A stretch of 63,408 nt of DNA, filler included, from Choristocarpus tenellus KU-1152 (Eukaryota > Protista > Phaeophyceae), in NCBI GenBank assembly GCA_964200185.2. It is 9 parts of 9 records of this genome, joined end to end, with 100 filler letters (N's around TTAATTAATTAA, not from the genome) between each part and the next. Parts side by side here need not be neighbours in the genome. Positions count along the whole stretch, not along the records: positions 18,770 to 34,394 come from CAXNAD020000958.1; positions 34,495 to 40,338 come from CAXNAD020009612.1; 7 more parts are not named here. The stretch is one strand, 5' to 3'. The position numbers and the translations under genes were made by a program. Numbering within the stretch: position 1 is the first letter of the stretch; every line of letters starts with the position of its first letter. Below, in pieces: positions 24,001-37,323 of the stretch. Below the pieces are notes generated by a model, which worked only from the letters and a program-made list of their open reading frames with translations, did not search any database and was not told the DNA's origin.

Positions 24001-26485
24001 AGAATAGGTGTGACCAAGGAAGCGACTGTTGGGGTAAGAAAGTCCCACTCGATATCCTCATAAGGAACTGTTATTCTGTCTGCATGTAACGTTTATGACA
24101 GATGAACAGACTCTGAGCCGTACCTCATAAAGAAAGGGTGCATCAAAGGTATACCTTGGAATGAAGGTGCCTATCATATCAATAGTAATGTACTACTCTG
24201 GGTCTGTACAAAAGCATTTTCATCTTTGATATCATTTAATACAAATCCATTCGAGTGGATCGTACAACACATATACAAGATGCTTCCTAATTAGGTTTTC
24301 AGCACGTTATTATGATTAGATGAATTGTATCATTCTAAAGACAATCAAAATAACCTGTACGGTTTCTTACACTGTTGTACCATACTCGTAGATGACTCCC
24401 CACTAAACCAACTGGTTTAGATGTTTGGATCAGAATACTCCAAGAATTATGTAAGGATCTAAACAAGCTATCAAATGGTACAATCCAGCAAAAAACGTGT
24501 CGAAAGTTCGTGCCATCAATATTAGAGGACCATTTGTGGGTGACCTGAAAGCTGACAACATTAGTTGCTCTATGTGGAAGAAAGGAATCACAGGTCAAGA
24601 ATGGTGTGTAAAAGAAAACCAACAAAATTGAACCCTGAATGGATGATAACAACAATGAGAGTCTGCAGCTCATATCAATCAAACCGCTGAGACCATTCAC
24701 ATTTGTTTGGGCCTTATCACACCAGCCACTTCCTAGCATTCTTCACGCTCTTCATGCATGCTCGTTTATACGGGACAGGAAGAGATAAATATATTTGCAA
24801 CCAATAGCTCCTAATTGCATCTCTTGTCTAGGGCTCTGCAATATTGTCTTGACACAAGTGCAATATGATTTCAGTACATATTGCATATACATCGGCCATG
24901 CAAGCATCATCATTTTAGGTGTGCTCCTTGATATCGTGTAGTGTATCGTACCGATAGAGAAACAAGACCAGGCAAAATCTTGTGCATTACTTGTTTGTCA
25001 AATAGACGTAGTGTGCTTTCTGTTTTGTAGGAAGTTGAGGGGGTCCCAATCATGAGTAGCTACATCATTCAAGGACAAAATAATGGAAGGCTACTGCTCA
25101 CCAAAAAACTGGCAGTTTGGGTTCTTCGTCTCCTACGCAAGGAGTGGTGGAATGAATGGTAAGTTAACGATGATAAATGAATGGATGTTTACTTAAATAT
25201 AAATTTCGAGGGCAGTCAACAGCTCTTGAGAGGAACAACAAACATGGTATTAATTGAGAAATCAGTATCATTTGCTCAGGACGCCCACTACAAAAGCCTC
25301 TCTCTGTCCTGCTCGCTTCTACTTACTACAGCATCTACTACTATTGTTTTTACAGGAAGTTGGAAAACGTTTTCGATAGGCAAAACCAGCACTCACTCTA
25401 TTACAGACTATAGTGCTGAAGAAACAAATCAAAACACACATCCTCTTCCTATGTCCACATCATAATGCCGTCCTGAGCATGTGATCGAACATATTGGAAT
25501 ATATCAAAATAGTACTAACCAAACATCGATAGTGGTCTAACTGTTCTAGTATTGTGGCAAACTCCGTTCAACTTCTTGCGGGAATAACGAAAGAAAATCA
25601 AAAACAAGAGGGCAAAGCAACCACGACTACACTACCACAGAATCATATATACAGCCTGAAAATTGGTGCTTTGATAGGTACAATTTACATCTGCTGTACT
25701 CTGTAGCAGGAACAACAATACAAGGATTGCTCCGTCAAAGACAGCGCCCAACTACTTGTAACCTTGGGTTCAAACAACACGTAAAAAATAAAATTGCATG
25801 CCAAACATTTATCCAGAATAATTCTGTAGGACTCAAAAAAAGATCAGTCTACCCACAGCAGCTTGGGTAGAGGAGGCTTCTCAATCCATGCTGCCCAACA
25901 CAAAATAAGAAATCGATAAGAAAGTCTCTGGTGTAAGGGGGTATAGTGACCCTAAGATCGTCAAGGTCTCAACTGTAATCGTGTGAAGGGATTTCCGCAT
26001 GAACATGGTCTTACTAATCACAGGAGTACAAGTGGCTGAGTTGCTCCCTGCCACCTTTTCCTTACACAGGAAAACTACTTCATTCGGAAAGTTTACTTGG
26101 TAGTAGCTACTGCAAAATCGTTGGGATATGTATGCCTGCGTGCTTTGAGGGTGAAAAATGACGAAGAAAAAATATCGTAGTGCTCCACCCAATCATTTTG
26201 TGTACACACCTCAAAAGAAAAAAAAATAAGATAACCTCCCCATTAGTCATAGCACGATGACCACACATGCTCCACACACTCCAGGCAGTATTGCCAATGA
26301 CAAAAGCACTTGACCTTAACCCTAACCTAATAGGGCAAGGAAAAGTCGAAGTGAGCAGGTAACGGTAAATCAACCTATAGAGCAGCACCGGTGATGTTGT
26401 GCGTCAAGGTATGATACCTTAAAGTGTCCACAGTACACTCTAATTATAAACCTTGACATACACTCTCTGAAAAGAGCTTGCTTCA

Positions 26486-29400
26486 TCAATGTTCACACCG
26501 TGTTCCCTTGAAATATGTCGCCACATAGGCAAGGCCATCAGGGTCACCAATGGTTCCAGCAGTAAAAACACGTGCCAACACCACAGTCCAGAGTGTGGCG
26601 GCCACTAAGAGAGAGGCTACATAGTAGCAGGCCTTCACGCGGGCCCTATTAATCTCCCCTTCGACAGCACCCTGAACACGGTTGCAGAACCAATCAAATC
26701 GAGACCCAAACATTAAAATGGCGTGAAGAGGCCCTCGGCGGATCACCCGCCCCCAAATGCGGCCAGCCTCTAGGGTGATAATGAAAAACGATGAAATAGC
26801 TGAAGCCGTGACAAGGGACGGCCAACTCATTTTTGAGCCTGAGGACCTCAGCCTCTCACCCCGCTCAGAAAATATATGCCTATGTATGTCACAAATAACT
26901 TCTGCCACAGCTACAGCACCAGCAGCAAAAGCACCTGCCAGAAGGGCTAAGGATAGTGCTGAGATCCAAGAGGTCTCGCAAGGAATGGGGCTGAGGAGTA
27001 AGCTCTGTATTGTTGAGAAAACAGCAGCGACCACAGAGCTGACAACCATCGTCTCCGTGACGTTCAGGTATGCCCAGTAGGTGTACTCAGAGTGGAGACT
27101 GAACAACTCGCTATCTCCACAACTCCACCCAAAGAAGTGCCTTGAGGTGGGAGGGGCAGAGGATGTCAGCAACATTAATTTTGGTGTGTTTTATTGCTAG
27201 AATTTTGTCTAGCTATTTCAACGATCAGCCTTCCTTGTGGTCCAAATGTATCTACAGAATTGTAGAAATGTGGAACATTTAAGTCAGAGCAGTTTGGTAT
27301 AGGGACCTGACCTGAACTCTAATGGACCAAACAAAACCGCAGCCCGCAAAAGCATTGGGTATACTAAGAAGAAAAACCTATTTTGTATAGAGTATTCTGA
27401 GGTAGTTTACAACCTATTTTGTTGTGGCCCTTGTTATTAGGCTGCCTCCGCTGAGAGGGGTGGGTGGACTTCCAAATATCCAAAATTGGTATATTCTCCG
27501 AGAGTACCGAGTTGAAGCATATTTTTTGGCCTCACGGTCACTCCATCCATCAATTAACAGCTGGTAAGGCCTTCACGACATTGCTTTACTTCGAGATTAA
27601 TATATCCTTACATAGGATAGATTGCGATAGTGAGAAGAATCGATTTTCTGCTGACTATCCCCTAGTGGTACAATATTTTAAAAAGTGCAAAGGATAAATC
27701 TATAGCTCTCTAACATATGTACCACAAAACCCCAAGCAGCTCCTCTTTGCCCATCTGTCTGTGTCTATACATTACCAGTATTAACTCTCATCCTTGAGCA
27801 TATGCTTGCCCGCATACTCACACATGCTTGTTCCAAAAAGTGTCAATCTGAAAAATATATATTTCCAGCATCAGCTCTTTCAGTCCCTCTCACGTACGAA
27901 CTGTACGCAAAGAAATAATTCCTTCCCTCACAAACCTACCGGCTCCATAGACCTGTTTCTACTCTTTCTACTTGGTTTGAAGTTTGAGTCCTATTATTTT
28001 ATGCCTCTACACCTTTTGACCATCCTGCTTGACCTTGTTGACTTTTTGACCTTTTACACCTTTGGACCAGTACCGGCTCTTTTCCTGACACAGAGGCTCG
28101 TCTGTGCGCGCTCGTGAGTACTTGTTTATATATATATATATATGTGAAATATGTAGAAATTTATTAGCATCGACCCTGTACAGCTGCCTTTTTTTCTGTT
28201 GCATACACACTGTATTCAACCAAGCAATTCCTATCCGTCCATCCGTCCGTCCATCTGTACGTGCCAGCACCAGCTCTATAGAGCTGTTATTCCACTTTGC
28301 GAGTTGTTTCACAAACGAGTGCATGTTAGGTTACAGCCTACTAATGTAGTTCATTTGAAGGTCAGACTTCGATGCACATCTTGACTTCAACATAAGCACC
28401 CTCATGTCCAAGGACTTAAGGAGTCACGCCACACTCCCTCTTCTCCTCCCCTGTCCAATGCACAAACCCAAAGGTTTCCAGCCCCTCCAAAGTGGGTCTA
28501 GCTATTGAGAAAATGTGAAGGTAATTTTTTCTCGCACTAAATAAAAAAAACTGGCTTTGTCGGCTGATATTTTTCTATTTTATTTTTTCAATGAGCTATA
28601 CCTTAATCTCAAATATGTATGTTTATAGTTCTTCCACTCTGCTCACATCGTCCTCGATACTACCACAGCCCACAGGATATTAACATCTGCAGCGTGTACA
28701 AAGTTACAGTACTCCCACTTACGGGGTTGCTTTTCATCAACAATATTTTGTCGCCTTTTGTCATGATTTGGCAACATATCGCTTCCAAACATAAAGCTAT
28801 TGACGTGCCGTTTTGCATAATATATATATATATATCCTCTTACCCTTCAGCAGTGAAAAAGCAGAAGGTTTTCCTCATCAATAGCAACCATCTCCATATT
28901 AGTACTCCTGAGTATACAATGGCATGCATACATCTACATACATAATTGAGGTAAGATCTCACCTCTGATACTCAATAACAGAGCCTTTCCACCACTCATG
29001 GCAGACAATTGCTCGAGGCGCAGACAGAAACGTTCCATTGGTAATAGCTTGATGCCTGAGAGTGTTTGAGACAGATAGAGGATTTGGGCTGGAGTTAGGT
29101 AGAGGTCATCAAACAAAAACATTGGCCTTCATGTCCCATAGTATTACATACATTGCGTCGAGTCAAAATGGAACTCTGCCAAATGCTATGGAGGAGTGTT
29201 TATCACAGAGGGAAGAGTCGGAGCCTGTAGGAAGATTTTAGGTCTGAATTAACAGGTGGCTGCCAATCGTGATGGGGTGCTCTCCAGCTGCCCAATGATC
29301 TTGTGTAGTCTCCCATTCCACAAGTATGGTCTTACATACCGAGTACAAAGTACATTTGATTGTAACAATGAACAGACGCAAGTACTAGACATGGTAAAAT

Positions 29401-32400
29401 CATGAATACCATGTTTTTGTCGAAGGAAGAACATTGTCACAAAACAATGGTAAGGGAAAAGTTACTAAGGCAACGTGTATGTGAATAAATTAAGTATTGA
29501 GGTGCTTTAGGGGATATTTCAGGTTAATACTGATTGTTCGACATTGTCACAACAGCTATCCATTCAACATCACGTATCTAGAGAAACGACAAGAACATGA
29601 ATAGTACGGTACAAGTTTGTCTCCCCAGGTCTTGGATATGATTGCCAAAAAGAGGCCTGAAGGAAATTGTTCAAGCTATTTGTCCTGCAATCCACTGATG
29701 TACTGAGACGTCAATATTTCTCGGCATATCAGCAAGCAATACTTGCTTACCAGTATGGAAACCTACCTGAGGCAAGCGTCAACATCTTCTCCCCCTCCTG
29801 TCTTAGGGAAGTTTTCACCGAAGATAGGAACCTTCCTCTTTCCTTCTTGAGTCGTCAACCTAATCACAAGGTTAGCTGTGACACCCCATGCAGGATCGTG
29901 AATGACAGTGCTGATGCCGAACATATAATTCAGATCACTGAGGTTAACAGCACGCTGCAGAAAGTTGGTAGCCGGAGGGAACTTGGTGTTCCCAACATAT
30001 CCACAGACAGCATTGGCTGCACCATTGCTCTGCTCCCACTTACTACTATTGACTTCCTCCTCTTCCCTCCTATACTGAGCCTGAATAATCTTACAATACT
30101 CGATAAGAAGGTTTCTTGAAGGTAGCACATCATCATCAAGAAGTAGAACCCAGTCAGCACAGGACTCTGCCACCCCTCTGTTTCTAGAGTAGGATGCCCC
30201 ACGGTTAACCTACAGGTGGTACAGGTGGTATTTGACATTCATGTTAGTGTTATAATGACTATTATTATGAGTATTACAAATTTGAGACTGATGAGGAGAT
30301 CACACGTTTGGACACAAATCAAGGAGAACACATTGATGTGTACAGTGGAATGGATGAAGATTCCAATGAAGTCCAAGAAATAATAGTATCTGAGGGAGAA
30401 ATAAAGAGGGAAAACAATAAATCCCCTCATTTTCTTCGTCAAGTATGCAGTGTATTATTGAAGTATACATCAAGGCAATACAACTAACCATAGCGTCTAA
30501 GAGATAATGTAAGGATTTGGTGGGTACTTTCTAAAAAGCATTGCATGTGCAGATTGACAATCACAACCCAATGTATTTTCCATGAAATCATGAACAACGA
30601 ATTGATACATGACTTCACATCACATTCAAAAATTGTTCAAATGCTGCTCTTTGATAGTAGAGGTAAGTACATATATCCAGCGAGTTCGCTCATTCAAACA
30701 CAGCTACCAACCTCATTTGCTCGCACTCTGCATATGTTCGTGCCCCCCTCCAGGATGGATATGAGCTTGGCAAGCCTCTCCTGTGGCACGTTTGGGTTGT
30801 CGACAATCACAAGGAAGGTGCAGCGCATCTCCCTCGGCACCTCAAGTGAGCAAATTCGGGAGAGTAGATCGATATCCACCCGATACGACGGAATTACTAC
30901 ATCCATCACAACAGGTCGACTTGGGTTGACTGGACACCCAGTAAGGGATGAACGATCACGTAGCCATGAGTTGATAGCCCAGACACCAGCAGGGATGTGA
31001 GTTGTTGCCCAATCCTGCACGTGAACCTTCTCGTATCTTGCGCTGGATGTGCGTTGTACATTGGAAAGCTCTCCGTCACAGCCGCCAATTGTATTGGCGA
31101 CCTTCACGGCTGTGATGACCTTCGCCGCATTAAATCGAAGGTAGACCTGGTATTCGTGCACGATATGTGCATACGTCAATTTCAATACAAGATCACTTCA
31201 TGTAGTCAAATCACCACGTCTCATACAAGACGAATGTGCGATGTAGACTGATTGTGTGGAAGGAAGGCCAAACGGTATAAATCGTATCAATCGCAAACAC
31301 CATGATGTGCCATGTGTGTATCCTCTTGTGAGCAGAGGCAGAATTTCACTGCAAAATGTAAGTCGAAATTTTAAAAAGCTAGAGAGCAGGAAACGAAGGC
31401 AGCATTAAAGTCCCATGTGAAGTACCTGTTCATCGTGAAGTATATGGCAAGGTAATACTAACAAGTTAATAAATTTTGAAGAATGATGCTCTCAACATTG
31501 GCGCCCAAGGAATCGGTTGATGCTATCAATTGTACAGTTACAGTGCCGATGCTCGTTCCTTCCTCGAAACGTCGAGAGCTGATCTCACGCGTACCCATCT
31601 CACACGCCTTTAGTTTATTGAGACAATCGAAAGTGTTGCAGTGGATAGCGAGTATGTCTGTTGCGACAAAAATAACTATTTGCCTTGTGCTAACCTGGAA
31701 GAGGAAGGGATCAGCATCCTGATTGATGAATGCCTCCGGGAATACATTTGGAAATATATCCCTGTGCGTCTTGTAGAGTACAGGAAACGCGGGGAACCCT
31801 GGCGAGCTGACATCAAAAAGGCTCAACACACCAAAGCCGACTGGGACGGCAGGACAGCCAGAAGGAAACATCTCTTTGTGTATGTCGTGGAATCCCTCCA
31901 AGAGGAGCTCCATCCATCCACAGGTTTGCAGATGAACATCGTCCCCAAGGAGGATGGTGAAGTCCATTCCATCCTCCCATGCCCACAGGGACAGACCACG
32001 CCACACCTTGCATACCTGCCCAGTACCAGTAGCCACTGTTGCAACAAATGGAAAGGCCTTGATGTCCACCATTACACCAATATTGTTGAACTCGGTGGTG
32101 AAGATGTCTTTACCGTTTTCGGTGTCGTATAGCGGGTCTCCTTTGTCAATGCCAGCATAAACCTTGATACACTTTCTCTCTTCTTCTGTAGTTGTGCTGT
32201 GTATAGCTTTAGGGAAAAGTGAAAGAAGAGAGAGGGATGTAAGTGCTACTTACCGATGGTGCGGACTGGAGAATGCACTGTCGAGTGGCATCTATCGACT
32301 GGGAAGGCAATCAACCAAAATGGCATTCAGGGAGGGCGTTACCTCGGCAAACGTTACGAATGCGCATCGTCGCCTGTGCCTGCGTACATCGATCTCCAGC

Positions 32401-32457
32401 CGTACTCATCCGTGAGGTGGCTGGGAGAAGGAGACCAAAAGTAGGATTGTCCGACAT
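26486..32457 (-). CDS. Tandem GT-A/GT2-type glycosyltransferase with C-terminal transmembrane region, ~750 aa (exons 32457-32343, 32206-31695, 31146-30712, 30209-29767, 29055-28963, 27140-26486)
   Basis: Exons sum to 2253 nt with compatible phases. Domain 1: VYAGIDKGD...ILLGDDV...PGFPAFPV...NQDADPFLFQ. Domain 2: DVVIPSYR...VIVDNP...NRGASYSRNRG...LLLDDDV...GVTANL...FPKTGGGEDVD...CHEWW, then hydrophobic helices. Confidence 0.85.
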
Positions 32458-35391
32458 GTTCATCCTTCGAATCTGTTGTTAAGGTTTTGAGGAGTTGTGC
32501 GAAGAATGTTTGAGATCCTAAGGTCTTGAGAGGATGTATGTATGAAATCTTCCTCTAAAAATACTCCTATAGTGACTGGCTCTATGAATAACCATCAATA
32601 ATAAACAATGAAAATGTCTTGAAATATTGTATCCATTCCCACATGCCCACTGGTGAAGTTGGAGTTGTCTAACTTAGTGGAGATCCATGAACTTGCACAT
32701 ATTAGCTGGACGGAATAGGATATGAAATCGATACAAGATGGGACGGTGCAAAATAATATATAGGATGCATCTTTATTTCAAACAATATATATGCATCTTC
32801 CATACAACAACCAATACTTGCATTATATAATTCTTGATTGCAATATTTTTTCCGGCCTCAGATAAAAATGTTTGCATCCGAAGGCGGAACCGGTCGAACA
32901 CATTGGGGAATGGAAGAAAAATATCTACATATCCTAAGCCGTGAATAACCTGAAATCGTTAGGGTGGCTAATCCTCACCTTGGCTGGTAAAACGTTCGAT
33001 GGTGTTCCACCAATTTTTTGTGGTGGCGGTTATGTGGAGTGCACTGGTTCTCTTCCATTTGTATCATATGTTTAAGTCACCAGACTAATGTGAATATCTC
33101 ATAAGAGTAATAAAAATACCATTGTCTCACTTCTACCCTACCTTCAAGTAGAGTCAACAGTAGAGTACAATGATACTAGAATATGTATCACGTTGATCTT
33201 CGATGTATGAAAAGGGGGACTTGGCGCATTGCATGTATGGAAACAAAGGTTCTTTCTGGCATGTTCAGTTGGACCAATGGTAGGTACCTGTAACTACCAG
33301 CTAATACACAGGTTGTATGTTTTTGGGACGACGAGTTGAGAAATTTATTGGGGTGGAGGGAACGTACCGCAGAAAAAAAACACAGCAAGTGGATGCATGT
33401 ATGGATGATGGAACCAATTCGTGATAGGTGATAGTACATGTTAGGCTAATGCACTGGTAGGGAAGGGATATCTCAAGCAGACTAGGGCACATGCCCACTC
33501 GTTCGTTTCCTAGTACGAGTTGAATGTTTGCGTCCTCTACACTGGTCTCTTTTCTTGGGTTTACCATTTCTTTTGGTGCCTCAAATGGAGTGGAAGGTGT
33601 ACAATCCGTCTATCTCAGCTGATCCTTGTGCGGCTTATCGTCCCCCCAATTATATTTTATTTTGATGCCCTCTTGACATTTTCCAGGTGTGTCAAAGGAA
33701 AAGTCAACATTATAATGTCGTCGGGAAGTATCAGAGGACAAAAAGAAATATAGTGGGACTGGTGATGTTCCTAGAAATATGGTGGTGGATGTGATCTTTC
33801 CCTCATATACAGAGTGGTAGGGAGTACCTACATCAATTTTTTTTTATTTTCCTTGTTCATTTTGTTTCTGTCCACTACTGCTTGTTGTGGAGCATCTCCA
33901 GTTACCATCATGTAGCAGTTAGGAACTTTTTGGGGACTAATGTGAATAACATCTCAAATACAAAATATAACATGATAAAAAATGAAAATTATACATTTGG
34001 AAATAAGAATAAAAGTGGAAATTGGAAAGGAGAAGAAAAATGTGTAGCGGTGGAAGTCATGGGTATGCCTCTTTTAAGTATTTTTTGAGGTAGAAAATAT
34101 AAATGCAGGAGATAAGATAAATCTTTGTAGGGGTACGAAAAGGAAATTTTATTTTCTCCATCTATAATCACCCTCCCTCCAACTAGTAATTGCTAACTGA
34201 TGTACCCTACAAATGGTATTAGTTCTGTTCCTAATTCCGACACCTACGTCACTGTTGAGTATGATTCAAACAAAAGGGCATTTATAACATTTTCCAAATC
34301 CCTTTTCTTTTTTCGTTAGATTATTTTTTATTATTATGCCCTCTGACATTTTGCAGATGTGTCAGGGGGGAAACCAATGAAAACTATATATATGNNNNNN
34401 NNNNNNNNNNNNNNNNNNNNNNNNNNNNNNNNNNNNNNTTAATTAATTAANNNNNNNNNNNNNNNNNNNNNNNNNNNNNNNNNNNNNNNNNNNNGATAGA
34501 ACCGTATGTCCACCAATCAAAAATGGCCTCGTATTGATGTAAACCATGCCCCCCACCCCCCCCACCCCTGTGTGTGTGTGTGTGTGTGTTTGTGATATCG
34601 TTGTCCATATTGCATATATGCAGGTGGCTCATTGCTAACGCTAAGGCGGGTGACAGTCTATTCATGCACTACTCCGGTGAGGACTGATTTGGATGAGATC
34701 GTGTTGCACGGGTAGAAAACTCTCCTCCATTCTACTCAAGTCTTTTCTCGCTCAAATTTCTTTTTTTGCGTATTTCATTATTATTATTATTTCATTTACT
34801 ATCTTTTTTTGTCTATTGCTTTTTTTGTCCAGCGCGGGTGTACCTTTTGTCAGGGATATTTAACAAACCCTCATTTATATATATATATATATATATGAAA
34901 GTATTTTACAGTGTTGGTTGCGGAATGTTTGAGACTGTTATGGTTTGTTTCCCTGGCCCTTTGTTCATCATCAGCAAGGATGTTTCTGTTGCCTTATCAC
35001 CTAATGGGAGCTGTCCAACATTTCAAATTCCACCAAGAAAAAAGAACAGATAAAGAGAGACGAGTCTCTTGGAATATGGTTCCCCTTTTTTTTCGTTTTT
35101 TTCTCTTCATTGTGGTTTCAAGCGTAATGCAATAGACGCAATCATTCCTTCTGCTGTACTTATGACTGTATACTCCATACTCCAGAAGTAGAATTATTCT
35201 CAACGCACTAAATACCAAATGTTTTTCAAAAAATATAAACGAGGTGTTGATTTAAAAGGTTGTGATTTTTGTCTCTATTGCGTCATTATGCTCAAGGAAT
35301 GTGTTGTGGTGGCATAAAGGTTTTCTTTCTTACCCCCCCCCCCCCTCCCCTCTTTTTTGAAATTTGTGCTGCAAAATTGAAAATATCACAG

Positions 35392-37323
35392 GTCATGGTG
35401 GGTCAATGGCTGATGACAATGGAGACGAAGCCGACAACAAGGACGAAACCATTGTGCCCGTCGACTACACCTCCGCAGGGCAGATAAGAGATGACGAGGT
35501 CCTCAAGGAGGTAAGTAAAACAAGGGGAAGGGAGGAGAAGGAAGAGGAAGAGGAAGGAGAGTACTGACGGTACAATCGATCAATAGCCAAGGTGTACCTT
35601 ATTTGGTATTTGGTATTGTTGTGTTAAGTACAGGATGTGGAAAAGGTGGTGTATCCCAGGACTTTCAATATTTTCCATTGATTACTTGAGCTGTAGGATG
35701 GGGAGAACAGCAAAGAGACTTGAGGATGTCGTAGAAATCTCTCCTATGTAGGATCTTTTTTTTCAGAAGAATTTGATTGCGCCCACTCATAACAATCTGG
35801 ATATTTTATTTTATTTTTGAACAGAAATGTTTTCAAATTGTTGTTGTCTATCACCCAAAAAATTATATATACATACATCCCATAGTCTGGTGGAATAACA
35901 GATCTCATTGGGGAAAAAAAAAAATTGTCCCTTTTTCCTTTTCTTTCATTTTTTCTGAGTCAACAACTCTCAATACACTCAACAAAAAATGACACATCCT
36001 GCGGTGACCATTTGACAATGCTGTTGGGTTTTTTTTAATGGCAACCTTTCATTCTGTACAAGAATAGAATAAATATATAATTTTTTTTAATAGAAAGATG
36101 AATTATGTTCTCGGCCGCCTTCTAAAGGTCACATTTTTTCCCCAGCATATTTACACTACACCCTCTTGCACACCATATCATACATACATCTGTGTGTGTG
36201 TGTGTGTGCTGTTTCTAATAGCTGGTGGCTTCCCTACCTGAGGGCGTGACGCTTACAGTGGTGATGGACTGCTGCCACAGCGGGTCCATATTGGACCTCC
36301 CATACATGATCAAGGCAGATGACGGAACCATCCAGGCGGTGGAGGCAGGGAGCATGTCTTCTGTGTTGGAACCTAACCTGAACTTTGACTTGGAAAAGGT
36401 GGGGGGGGAGCGAAGAAAAATGACTCGGCAAATTTTGTACCTTAAAAGACTTGGATTTTTTTTCATAATAATGTGTTTCTGGTGGTCTGGTGGAGCATCG
36501 AGGGGGCGGTCACATTTTGGCGGGGGGGGTTGGACGGGGTCGGATTGACTGTCAAGTGATGGTGCTGTGTTTTTTTGCCTCTGGTGTGGATGAGGTAAGA
36601 GGTAGGTAAGAGACGACGCTATTTTAGTGGGACAGAGGTACCTCAGGGTGCTTGAGTTGACCTTAACCGTTTCCATAGCCTAGAGCTTTGCGAAATTTCA
36701 CTATGTACCTCTTGCATCTGTGGTAGTGTGTTGGGCGTGCTTGTTTCCAGATTATTTGAAGGCTCTCAAGTTTTTATGGCTAAATGCTTATCTTACGGAG
36801 AGGGATGGTGAATGGGGTGTATTTTTCTCTCTAAGTGTAAGTGCGATTTTGTGCATGCTCTGATGCTAAGTATAATGTCTTGCCCGCATCATGGAAGGAG
36901 CGCCCCTCCTCTAGGAATTGGATTTTGTTGGTAGTGTGCAGTGGATAGATCGTTGAGCTTTTTTTATGTCAGCACAGTAGGGTAGAGAACCAAAGGCAAA
37001 AGCCCAACACCGTAGTTTTGTGTATATAACTTATGCATGCAACATACCACAGTGCTGCTTGGAAAAAATGTGCAGGTTCAAACTTGAGTCGTTTGATTGT
37101 GTCCTGGTTTTAACTTGCTCTCCCTACCCTACCCTACCCTACCCTACCTCCCCCCTGCTCCTTTTCTCCCCTCCCTTTCAATGTCTCCTTGGTGTCTGGT
37201 CACCCCCTGGTCTTGAAAAATCAGCTCATTCGGATTGCAAAGGAGGTCATGGCAATGTTTGCTGGGGGAAGGGGCATTGACGCAAATGCCGTTGGCAAGC
37301 TGGCTGCAGAAATAATCAGCTAA
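35392..37323 (+). CDS. Metacaspase (peptidase C14), 3' part, type III-like (exons 35392-35510, 36222-36398, 37225-37323)
   Basis: [34 protein letters not shown] (catalytic His) and [18 protein letters not shown] (catalytic Cys). The last exon ends ...AAEIIS* with no p10 domain. Confidence 0.88.

Noticed and set aside
26757-27080. Plus-strand ORF here, and similarly at 29667, 30545 and 31641
   Set aside because: Antisense shadows of the glycosyltransferase exons.
32254-32291. Possible extra small exon in the glycosyltransferase gene
   Set aside because: Would need a 51-nt intron and is phase-incompatible with the next exon. Direct splicing 32343 to 32206 gives a clean frame.
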